A stretch of 64,000 nucleotides of DNA from Bacteroidota bacterium (GCA_016868575.1 VGGL01000002.1:1703-65702), one strand, 5' to 3'. Shown: positions 1 to 7,285, numbered from the stretch's first letter. Program-made: numbers and translations. Notes: a model not told the origin generated them from the letters alone.

Positions 1-3000
1 CGTTAGGAAGCGTCACCGTTCAGAATATCAATAGAACAAAGTGTTATCTGGGACATAGTGACTGGCCAGGCGAAGCGAATTTTACGGGGCAGATGGATGA
101 AGTGAGTATCTGGAACGTTGCCCGAACGGCAGCGCAGATCAGATCCGACATGAGCAATACCCTCGCCGGCAATGAAAGCGGTTTACTGGCTTATTATAAC
201 TTCGATGAAGGCACTGCGGGCGGCAACAATGTCAATATCACCGCACTGTTGGATAAAACCGGAAACTACAACGGTATCCTGAGATACTTTGTAAAAACCA
301 ACGGCAATACAACCTCGAATTTTATCACCGGCACGGCAATGACCCCTTATGCTGAAACTTCCCTTACGGCAACCAGCGGCGGAACGGCAAACGGATTGAA
401 CCAGGCCGTATTCATTGCAACCGATGCGGTGGTTACGGGAAGTTCCACGCTTAACGGAGCCAATGTTCAGATTACCAATTTCGTAAGCAGTCAGGACCAG
501 CTTGGCATCAATGGCAGTACCGGCGGCACAACGAACGGGATCACCTATTCGTTCAATGCAACCACAGGAATATTGGCGCTGACGGGTTTTGCTTCTCCTG
601 CCAACTATCAGACGGTATTACGTCTTCTTACCTATAAAAATACTTCGGCCAATCCGACGACGACAGCCCGTAATGTTGCCATCAGCCTGGGAACCGCAAA
701 GTTTAACTATCAGAATGGCCATTTCTACCAGTATGTTTCGGGAAGTTACACAGCCACCGCCTCACTTACCGCTGCATCTAATACATATTATCTGGGAAGG
801 CAAGGTTACCTGGTGACCATCACCTCGGCTAACGAAAACACCCTGGTCGCATCCATTTCTTCCGGAAATACCTGGATGGCAGCAAGTGATCAGCCGGTGA
901 CAGACTGGAAATGGATCGCGGGACCTGAAAACGGAACCCAATTCTGGGAGGGGTATAATCCGGGATCTTCCTATAATGGCGGATACGCGAACTGGTATAG
1001 TGGTGAACCCAATAATGGCGTCGGGGGATATTATGTATATCTCTGGACCTCCCATTGGCCATACTGGGATGATACACAGGGAAGCTCGTTAATGAATTAC
1101 GTAGCAGAATACGGGGGTATGGCAGGCGATCCGACGCTGCCCATTTCCGCCGGTGTGACCGTAAATTTCAATACCCAATACTCCCTCACAGCCACCGTTG
1201 GCGGCAGCACATCGGCAGTGAATACGCTTGTTTATATTGCACAGGATGCAGTGGTCAATGCATGGACGGTCAACTATGCCAATGTTCAGATCACAAACTT
1301 TGTAAGCGGTCAGGACCAGCTTGGGATCGACGGCGCCACAAGCGGAACCATAAACGGTATTGCCTATTCCTTCAATTCCTCAACAGGAATTCTGGCATTG
1401 ACAAACACCGCATCGGCAGCCAATTATCAGGCAACCTTACGTTTGGTAACGTATAAAAATGTCAGCAATTCGCCAAACACTACCACCCGTGCAATCAGCA
1501 TGAGTTTAGGACACTTTTATGAGTACATTTCCGGTGCAATCAACTGGACCAATGCAAACACAGCAGCCGCTGCAAGGACATACTTCGGCTTGCCGGGTTA
1601 TCTCGCCACGATAACATCTGCCACAGAAAACGCAACCTGTCAATCAACTGCATCGGGTAACAATGCATGGATAGGCGCCAGCGATGCAGCTTCGGAAGGC
1701 GTCTGGAGGTGGGTCACAGGTCCGGAAGCAGGCATACAGTTCTGGCAAGGCAACTGGACCGGAAATCCGGTAAACGGTATGTATAGTAACTGGAATTCCG
1801 GAGAACCAAATAATAGTGGTGGTGTTGAACATTATGGACATATCTGGAATACCGGTACCTGGAATGATTACCTTGGCGGTACAAACACCATATCGGGATA
1901 TCTGGCAGAATATGGCGGTATGCCGGGCGATCCGGCTCCGGGTATTTTTGCCAATGGAAATGTTACCCTTGGTTATTCGCAGAGCTGTGCCGGCAATGCC
2001 CTGGCATTCGATGGCGGAGCCAATTATGTGTCATTGCCTGCGATCAATTTTAATTCCACCGGTTTGACGGTAGAAGGCTGGATGCGCTGGAATGTGGTGC
2101 CCGGAAACTGGATGCGCTTCTTTGATTTCGGGAACGGTCAGCAAAATAACAACATACTTGTCACCCGCGAGACAGGCACCAATGACCTGATATTTGATAT
2201 TTATAACGGCGCGACGCAGCAACGTGCCCAGGCTGACAATATCATTCCGGTCGGACAGTTTATCCACATTGCAGCGGTTGTTGAACCCGGCGCCCCCAGC
2301 ACCATGAAACTTTATGTGAACGGAGAACTTAAGGCCACAACCACGGGAGTGACGGTACAGAACATCAACAGAACCAATTGTTATTTAGGTCATAGCAATT
2401 GGGCGACGGAGCCCAACCTGAACGGACAGATGGATGAAGTCTCCATCTGGAACACCGCCCGCACACTCACCCAGATCCAATCGGATATGAATACCCCGTT
2501 GACCGGCAGCGAAGCCGGCTTAATGGCGTACTATAATTTCGACCAGGGAACAGCCGGTGGCGACAATACCTCCATCACTACCTTATTTGATATAAAGGGC
2601 CATTACAACGGCGGTAACATTACCAGCTTTGTGAGAACGAACGGCAACATCACTTCCAACTTTATCACTTCATCCATTGGCACTGTTCCTACGTTGGCTC
2701 CAAGTACCGTTTCAAATATTGCCTATACCTCTGCTACCGTTAGCAGCAATATTACAGACAAAGGCTGGGGAACTGTTACCGTTCGAGGGGTTTGCTACAA
2801 CACCACGGGCACACCCACAATTGCCGACGATAAAGTGAGTGAAACCGGTAATTTCGGAACCGGACCCTTTTCTATGAACCTGATTAACCTGGTAACCGGA
2901 GTTACTTATTATGCACGCGCTTATGCTTCCAACTCCTGCAATACCAGTTATGGCGCTCAAATCATGTTTATTCCTGATTATACTGACCTGGTATGGACAG

Positions 3001-4478
3001 GCGCATTAACTTCCGACTGGAATACGGCCGGGAACTGGGATCCGAATGAGGTCCCGACAATCGGGGATAATGTTACTATCCCCAATACAGGCGTCGTCAA
3101 TGAGCCTGTTGTAAACGAGGCTCCTGCGACACCTGCCGTCTGCCATAGTCTGAGTATCGGGTGGACAAGGACCTTTACCGTTGCCTCCAGCAAAGCGCTG
3201 ACAGTTGATGGAGATCTGACCAATTCCGGAACCGCTGCTTCACTTATCATTGAGAACGGCGCTTCGCTGATCACCCATGGAACTGTGACCGGTAGCGCTA
3301 CAGTGGTCAGCGGCATCGCTGCGAATGACTGGCATTTGATCTCACCTCCCATTTCTGACGCGTTATCAGGTCTGGTTACCGGCGATTACTTACAGGAATT
3401 CAGCGAAGCCACCAACAATTACTCAGATATTATCCCTGTTGATATTCCGCTGCTTCCCATGACCGGCTATGCCCTATGGGGCGGAGTCGCAGGGCTCAAT
3501 GTAAACTATACCGGTGCGCTGAACAACGGACCGATCGGTTCGGATGACAACCTGGCACGGACCAACCAGGGGTGGAACCTGGTCGGTAACCCCTATTCTT
3601 CTTCGCTTGACTGGGATGCATCATCGGGATGGACAAAAACCAATCTCAACAATGCAATCTATATCCATGTGAATGCTTCTACCTGGGCAAGCTATGTAGA
3701 TGGCGTAGGTGTCAATGGAGGAACCCGGTATATTGCCCCCTGTCAGGGTTTCTTTGTCAGGGCATCCTCTTCCGGTTTCGCTACCCTGAAAACGGATAAC
3801 AATACCCGTGTTCACAACAACACCCCATTCTTTAAAGATGCTGTCAGCAACCTTGTCAGGCTGGAACTGTCGGGCAGCAATGTGAAAGATGAAATAGTTG
3901 TTCGCGTTAAGCCACAATCAACAACCGGCTTCGACAGCGACTGTGATGCCTACAAGCTGTTTGCCGATGAAGTGAATGCTGCGCAGCTTTATGCTGTAGG
4001 TAGTGAGCTTTTATCGATCAATGCCATTCCGGAAGCCAAGCCTGTGACGGTCGGCGTCAGAAGCACCCTGCCCGGAGGAACCTATACCATTTCAGCTACC
4101 GAGATCAACAACATCGGGCTTTTGAAGCTGGAAGACAAGAAGACCCAGACTTTCAACGATCTTACAGCGCATGCTTATACCTTCACAACCCAGCCGGGGG
4201 ATGAAGAGACACGGTTTGTCCTGCACTTTACCACCCTGGATGTCCCTGTTTTGGAAGACCAATCCGACATTCATATTTACAGTGACGGAAGCAGCATCTG
4301 CATTGACCAGAGCCTCACAACGAACGGTAAAGTCTTTGTGTATGATCTTTCCGGCAGGCAGTTGATCCAATCGGATATCTCCTGGGGCATGAACCGGATT
4401 GCGGTTCAGGGTAAAGGAATTTACCTGGTCAAGGTGATTGCTGGAGAACAGGTCTCGGTAAAGAAGGTTCTTTTCTGA
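1..4478 (+). CDS. Large T9SS-secreted surface/adhesin-like protein, N-terminus off-window. Domain order: LamG, then (repeat module + C-type lectin domain) x2, LamG, Fn3-like, beta-rich region, Por/T9SS C-terminal sorting domain
   Basis: Frame 3 is open from nt 3. It reads LGSVTVQNINRTKCYLGHSDW..GQMDEVSIWN, duplicating the internal GVTVQNINRTNCYLGHSNW..GQMDEVSIWN, so the CDS continues upstream of the listed Met at 93. It has LamG-like motifs twice, CTLD motifs twice (W.W..GPE..QFW...SGEPNN), and a C-terminal ...GIYLVKVIAGEQVSVKKVLF tail typical of T9SS CTDs. Confidence 0.85.
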   Translation, partial: LGSVTVQNINRTKCYLGHSDWPGEANFTGQMDEVSIWNVARTAAQIRSDMSNTLAGNESGLLAYYNFDEGTAGGNNVNITALLDKTGNYNGILRYFVKTNGNTTSNFITGTAMTPYAETSLTATSGGTANGLNQAVFIATDAVVTGSSTLNGANVQITNFVSSQDQLGINGSTGGTTNGITYSFNATTGILALTGFASPANYQTVLRLLTYKNTSANPTTTARNVAISLGTAKFNYQNGHFYQYVSGSYTATASLTAASNTYYLGRQGYLVTITSANENTLVASISSGNTWMAASDQPVTDWKWIAGPENGTQFWEGYNPGSSYNGGYANWYSGEPNNGVGGYYVYLWTSHWPYWDDTQGSSLMNYVAEYGGMAGDPTLPISAGVTVNFNTQYSLTATVGGSTSAVNTLVYIAQDAVVNAWTVNYANVQITNFVSGQDQLGIDGATSGTINGIAYSFNSSTGILALTNTASAANYQATLRLVTYKNVSNSPNTTTRAISMSLGHFYEYISGAINWTNANTAAAARTYFGLPGYLATITSATENATCQSTASGNNAWIGASDAASEGVWRWVTGPEAGIQFWQGNWTGNPVNGMYSNWNSGEPNNSGGVEHYGHIWNTGTWNDYLGGTNTISGYLAEYGGMPGDPAPGIFANGNVTLGYSQSCAGNALAFDGGANYVSLPAINFNSTGLTVEGWMRWNVVPGNWMRFFDFGNGQQNNNILVTRETGTNDLIFDIYNGATQQRAQADNIIPVGQFIHIAAVVEPGAPSTMKLYVNGELKATTTGVTVQNINRTNCYLGHSNWATEPNLNGQMDEVSIWNTARTLTQIQSDMNTPLTGSEAGLMAYYNFDQGTAGGDNTSITTLFDIKGHYNGGNITSFVRTNGNITSNFITSSIGTVPTLAPSTVSNIAYTSATVSSNITDKGWGTVTVRGVCYNTTGTPTIADDKVSETGNFGTGPFSMNLINLVTGVTYYARAYASNSCNTSYGAQIMFIPDYTDLVWTGALTSDWNTAGNWDPNEVPTIGDNVTIPNTGVVNEPVVNEAPATPAVCHSLSIGWTRTFTVASSKALTVDGDLTNSGTAASLIIENGASLITHGTVTGSATVVSGIAANDWHLISPPISDALSGLVTGDYLQEFSEATNNYSDIIPVDIPLLPMTGYALWGGVAGLNVNYTGALNNGPIGSDDNLARTNQGWNLVGNPYSSSLDWDASSGWTKTNLNNAIYIHVNASTWASYVDGVGVNGGTRYIAPCQGFFVRASSSGFATLKTDNNTRVHNNTPFFKDAVSNLVRLELSGSNVKDEIVVRVKPQSTTGFDSDCDAYKLFADEVNAAQLYAVGSELLSINAIPEAKPVTVGVRSTLPGGTYTISATEINNIGLLKLEDKKTQTFNDLTAHAYTFTTQPGDEETRFVLHFTTLDVPVLEDQSDIHIYSDGSSICIDQSLTTNGKVFVYDLSGRQLIQSDISWGMNRIAVQGKGIYLVKVIAGEQVSVKKVLF

Positions 4479-4488
4479 TGTATTAACA

Positions 4489-4722
4489 ATGAAAACTGGT
4501 AAGAATATGAAAAAAAGAATCATCCTTCTGACAGCGATATTGTCGCTTGGCTTCATAAGCCTCTTTGCACAGCCACCCCATCCCAACAATGGCAGTGGTC
4601 CGGGTCCGGGAAACACCCCGGTGGGAGGCGGCGCTCCGATTGACGGAGGGCTCTCCATCCTGCTTGCGCTCGGCCTGGGATATGGGGCAAAGAGAATCTA
4701 TTCTCTGAAGAAAGAGCAATGA
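4489..4722 (+). CDS. 77-aa miniprotein: signal peptide, Gly/Pro-rich linker, PIDGG motif, hydrophobic helix, basic tail (C-terminal sorting-signal-like)
   Basis: MKKRIILLTAILSLGFISLFAQ signal peptide, then PPHPNNGSGPGPGNTPVGGGA, then PIDGG-LSILLALGLGYGA-KRIY. It starts 10 nt after the upstream stop. The start could also be the ATG at 4507. Confidence 0.5.
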   Translation: MKTGKNMKKRIILLTAILSLGFISLFAQPPHPNNGSGPGPGNTPVGGGAPIDGGLSILLALGLGYGAKRIYSLKKEQ

Positions 4723-4778
4723 GTAATGAGTAATGAGTAATGAGTAATTCTGAAATTTGAATTAATAAGAATTACTCA
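4720..4778 (+). repeat. (TGAGTAA)x4 heptamer array beginning with the stop codon of the miniprotein; the last unit forms an 11-bp hairpin with 4768-4778
   Basis: Units lie at 4720-4726, 4727-4733, 4734-4740 and 4741-4747. TGAGTAATTCT (4741-4751) is the reverse complement of AGAATTACTCA (4768-4778). Stop codons occur in all three frames. Confidence 0.9.
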
Positions 4779-4803
4779 ATGACCTCAAAAGGGTAGTTTC
4801 ATC

Positions 4804-4876
4804 GCGGAGACGCGGAGACGCAGAGAAATGAAGTACTGATTATCACTTCTTTGCGCCTCCGCGTCTTTGCGGTTTT
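4804..4876 (+). terminator. Long imperfect hairpin built from tandem octamers, followed by TTTT (putative intrinsic terminator; member of a repeat family)
   Basis: Left arm is GCGGAGAC GCGGAGAC GCAGAGAA. Right arm is TTCTTTGC GCCTCCGC GTCTTTGC GG. Pairing holds with several G-U wobbles that work only for the + strand RNA. A T-run follows at 4873-4876. Confidence 0.55.
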
Positions 4877-4986
4877 GTTAGATTTCACAGCGTTCCACCA
4901 AGCGTATAACAAAGATATTCAGAGCGTATTCCTGAAACTTTCATTTTTTTTCTTCCATATACCTGATCAGATTCTATGAATGTTTA

Positions 4987-4994
4987 TATATTTG
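4987..4994 (+). promoter_or_regulatory. Bacteroidota -7 promoter box (TATATTTG) for nrfHA
   Basis: Exact match to TAnnTTTG, 22 nt upstream of the nrfH ATG. Confidence 0.5.
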
Positions 4995-5016
4995 CATTCA
5001 GGTATGATGACATGAT

Positions 5017-5610
5017 ATGAATCCAATTTTCCGTGCATTGATTCCTCCTACTCGCTGGCGCAGGCCTGTGGTTGTGGCTTTGGGTATTATCGCCGGTCTT
5101 AGCCTGTTTCTTTTCTATATTTCAAACGCTGCTTCTTACCTGTCGGATAACCCCAAGACCTGCACCAACTGCCATGTGATGAATCCGCAGTTTGCCACCT
5201 GGCAGCACAGTTCCCACCGGGAGGTGACGAATTGCAACGATTGCCATGTGCCCCATGACAATGTCGTCCGGAAGTACTTCTTCAAAACCCAAGACGGGCT
5301 ACGGCATGCTACTATTTTCACGCTTCGGACAGAGCCTGATGTGATCATGATCAAAGAGATGGGGCAGCGTGTGGTTCATGAGAATTGCATCAGATGTCAC
5401 TTGCAAGTACTGGAAAACCCTGAAGAGGTTGAAGAATCTGGCGAAGAGGAAGAAGCGGAAGGGGAAGTAGAATGGATGCAGCGGAAATGCTGGGAATGTC
5501 ACCGGGAGGCACCACATGGAACGGTCAAGGGACTGGCCTCTGTGCCCCATGCCATGATCACGCCGCAGAAGCCTCCGGTGCCTGAATGGTTAAAGAAATT
5601 AGTAAAATGA
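5017..5610 (+). CDS. nrfH: NrfH, membrane-anchored tetraheme cytochrome c (NapC/NirT family) quinol dehydrogenase
   Basis: N-terminal TM helix and four CxxCH motifs (CTNCH, CNDCH, CIRCH, CWECH). It lies directly upstream of nrfA. Confidence 0.9.
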   Translation: MNPIFRALIPPTRWRRPVVVALGIIAGLSLFLFYISNAASYLSDNPKTCTNCHVMNPQFATWQHSSHREVTNCNDCHVPHDNVVRKYFFKTQDGLRHATIFTLRTEPDVIMIKEMGQRVVHENCIRCHLQVLENPEEVEESGEEEEAEGEVEWMQRKCWECHREAPHGTVKGLASVPHAMITPQKPPVPEWLKKLVK

Positions 5611-5613
5611 GGA

Positions 5614-5686
5614 CCCCACCCCTAGCCCCTCCCCCCTGCCCCCTCCCCACTCAGGGGAGGGGGAGAGGGGGGTGGGGCTGGAGGGG
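5614..5686. repeat. G/C-rich palindromic element, copy A (nrfH-nrfA intercistronic)
   Basis: Left arm CCCCACCCCTAGCCCCTCCCCCCTGCCCCCTCCCC, a 4-nt centre, then GGGGAGGGGGAGAGGGGGGTGGGGCTGGAGGGG. The left arm differs at 1 nt from copy B at 8239. Confidence 0.9.
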
Positions 5687-5700
5687 TAAAAAAAGAGTCT

Positions 5701-7173
5701 ATGGAAAACACAAAGAAACGCAAGCCCTGGGTAAACTGGGCCCTGTTCATTGGCACCATGGTGCTGGTCTTTCTGCTGGGATTACTGGCTTCTTCAGTCA
5801 TCCAGCGAAAAGCAGAAAAGGAATATGTGTTCAAACCTACGGTCAAGATCTCCGAATGGGAGGCCAGGAATGAAGTGTGGGGGATGAATTTTCCGCGGGA
5901 ATTTCAGTCCTATATGGGCACTGCTGACACCTCATTCCGGAGCCTTTACAACGGGAATGCTTTCATCGACATGCTGGAGGAGGAGCCCCGGCTGGTGATC
6001 CTTTGGGCAGGCTATGCTTTTTCAAAGGATTATAATCAACCCCGGGGTCATTTTTATGCAGTGGAGGATGTCTATAACTCGCTACGGACAGGCGCCCCCA
6101 AAGGTCCGGATGACGGGCCCCAACCCAATACCTGCTGGACATGCAAGAGTCCCGATGTTCCCCGGATGATGGCTAAACTGGGCGTGGCCGGTTTTTACAA
6201 AGGAAAGTGGGCTTCCCTTGGGAGTGAAATCATCAATCCCATTGGTTGCGGCGATTGCCACGATCCGGAGACCATGGATCTGCGGATCACCCGGCCGGCA
6301 TTGCTCGAAGCATTCACTGCCATGGGAAAGGATCTGTCGAAAGCCACCCACCAGGAGATGCGGTCGCTCGTTTGCGCCCAGTGCCATGTGGAATATTATT
6401 TTGATAAGAAACATCCCGGGGCAGAAGATATCAGCTACCTCACCTTTCCCTGGAAGGATGGAACTTCTGCCGACAGCATGCTGGCCTATTACAATAAAGT
6501 CGGGCATGTGGACTTTGTTCATGCCTTCAGCAAAGCCCCCATCCTGAAAGCACAACATCCCGATTATGAGGCATTCCTGACCGGGGTACATTACGACCGG
6601 GGTGTTGCCTGTGCCGACTGCCATATGCCCTACATGAAAGAAGGAGGACAGAAGTTTACCAGCCACCGGGTTACGAGTCCTTTGGCATATATCAATCAGA
6701 CTTGCCAGGTTTGTCACCGGGAGAGCGAGGAGAAGCTGATTGAAAATGTCTATCAGCGGCAAAGAAAAGTCAAGGAGATACGGGATCAGTCGGAAGTGTT
6801 GCTGGTTCGTGCACACATGGAAGCCAAGGCCGCCTGGGATGCCGGCGCCACGGAACCAGAGATGCAACCGGCCCTCGAACATATCCGCAACGCACAGTGG
6901 TACTGGGATTATGCTGCAGCAGGACACGGAAACTCCTTCCACGCACCCCTGGAGATGGCACGGATCATTGCCAAATCCATTGATGAAACGTCATCAGCGA
7001 GGCTCCTGATCGCCCGGATATTACAAAAACTGAAAAGGAATGCCGATGTTCCTTACCCAGACATTACAACCAAGGAAAAAGCTCAGAAATTGATCGGCCT
7101 GGACACCAAAACGCTTTCTCAGGAGAAAAAAGAATTTCTCAATACAACTGTCAAGTCGTGGACTGGACGATAA
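5701..7173 (+). CDS. nrfA: NrfA, pentaheme cytochrome c nitrite reductase (ammonia-forming)
   Basis: Diagnostic CWTCK (CxxCK) active-site heme motif plus four CxxCH motifs (CGDCH, CAQCH, CADCH, CQVCH). N-terminal signal anchor. Confidence 0.95.
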   Translation: MENTKKRKPWVNWALFIGTMVLVFLLGLLASSVIQRKAEKEYVFKPTVKISEWEARNEVWGMNFPREFQSYMGTADTSFRSLYNGNAFIDMLEEEPRLVILWAGYAFSKDYNQPRGHFYAVEDVYNSLRTGAPKGPDDGPQPNTCWTCKSPDVPRMMAKLGVAGFYKGKWASLGSEIINPIGCGDCHDPETMDLRITRPALLEAFTAMGKDLSKATHQEMRSLVCAQCHVEYYFDKKHPGAEDISYLTFPWKDGTSADSMLAYYNKVGHVDFVHAFSKAPILKAQHPDYEAFLTGVHYDRGVACADCHMPYMKEGGQKFTSHRVTSPLAYINQTCQVCHRESEEKLIENVYQRQRKVKEIRDQSEVLLVRAHMEAKAAWDAGATEPEMQPALEHIRNAQWYWDYAAAGHGNSFHAPLEMARIIAKSIDETSSARLLIARILQKLKRNADVPYPDITTKEKAQKLIGLDTKTLSQEKKEFLNTTVKSWTGR

Positions 7174-7178
7174 CAATC

Positions 7179-7213
7179 TATTAATTAATAATTTATAATT
7201 AATAATTAATAAG
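7179..7213 (+). repeat. AT-only heptamer array (TATTAAT TAATAAT TTATAAT TAATAAT TAATAAG) 5 nt after the nrfA stop
   Basis: Five consecutive 7-nt units read directly. They are followed by a GGGGTTATT GGGGTTTTTCA GGGTTATC mini-repeat. Confidence 0.85.
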
Positions 7214-7285
7214 GGGGTTATTGGGGTTTTTCAGGGTTATCTTAATCCATATTTGAACACCGGACCTTCAGAAGGCTGAAGAAAA

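Noticed and set aside
698-1935. Diversity-generating retroelement hypothesis for the two C-type lectin domains, since CTLDs are the usual DGR targets
   Set aside because: There is no reverse transcriptase or accessory gene in the window. The two CTLD-coding segments differ at all nucleotide types rather than at adenine-specific positions, and both are in-frame parts of one protein, so there is no TR/VR pair.
5681-5686. GGAGGGG upstream of nrfA as a Shine-Dalgarno sequence
   Set aside because: It is part of the palindromic repeat and lies about 15 nt from the ATG, so the spacing is poor. Only the AGGAGGT before the oxidase-like subunit II gene (42148-42154) has canonical spacing.
5586-5873. 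ORFs translating the G/C palindrome (PPLAPPPCPLPTQGRGRGGWGW and its antisense counterpart)
   Set aside because: This is a translation artefact of the palindromic repeat between nrfH and nrfA, and it overlaps the nrfA start.
6082-6942. Long antisense ORFs inside well-supported genes: 6082-6942 opposite nrfA, 9414-10052 opposite hemW, 10193-11074 opposite the kinase, 12696-13373 opposite the peptidase, 21284-22159 opposite pgk, 57844-58611 opposite glnS, and 61084-61722 opposite mreC
   Set aside because: Each lies entirely within a CDS whose translation carries diagnostic motifs. The antisense translations have no recognisable motifs and show skewed, low-complexity composition, so they are typical shadow ORFs.
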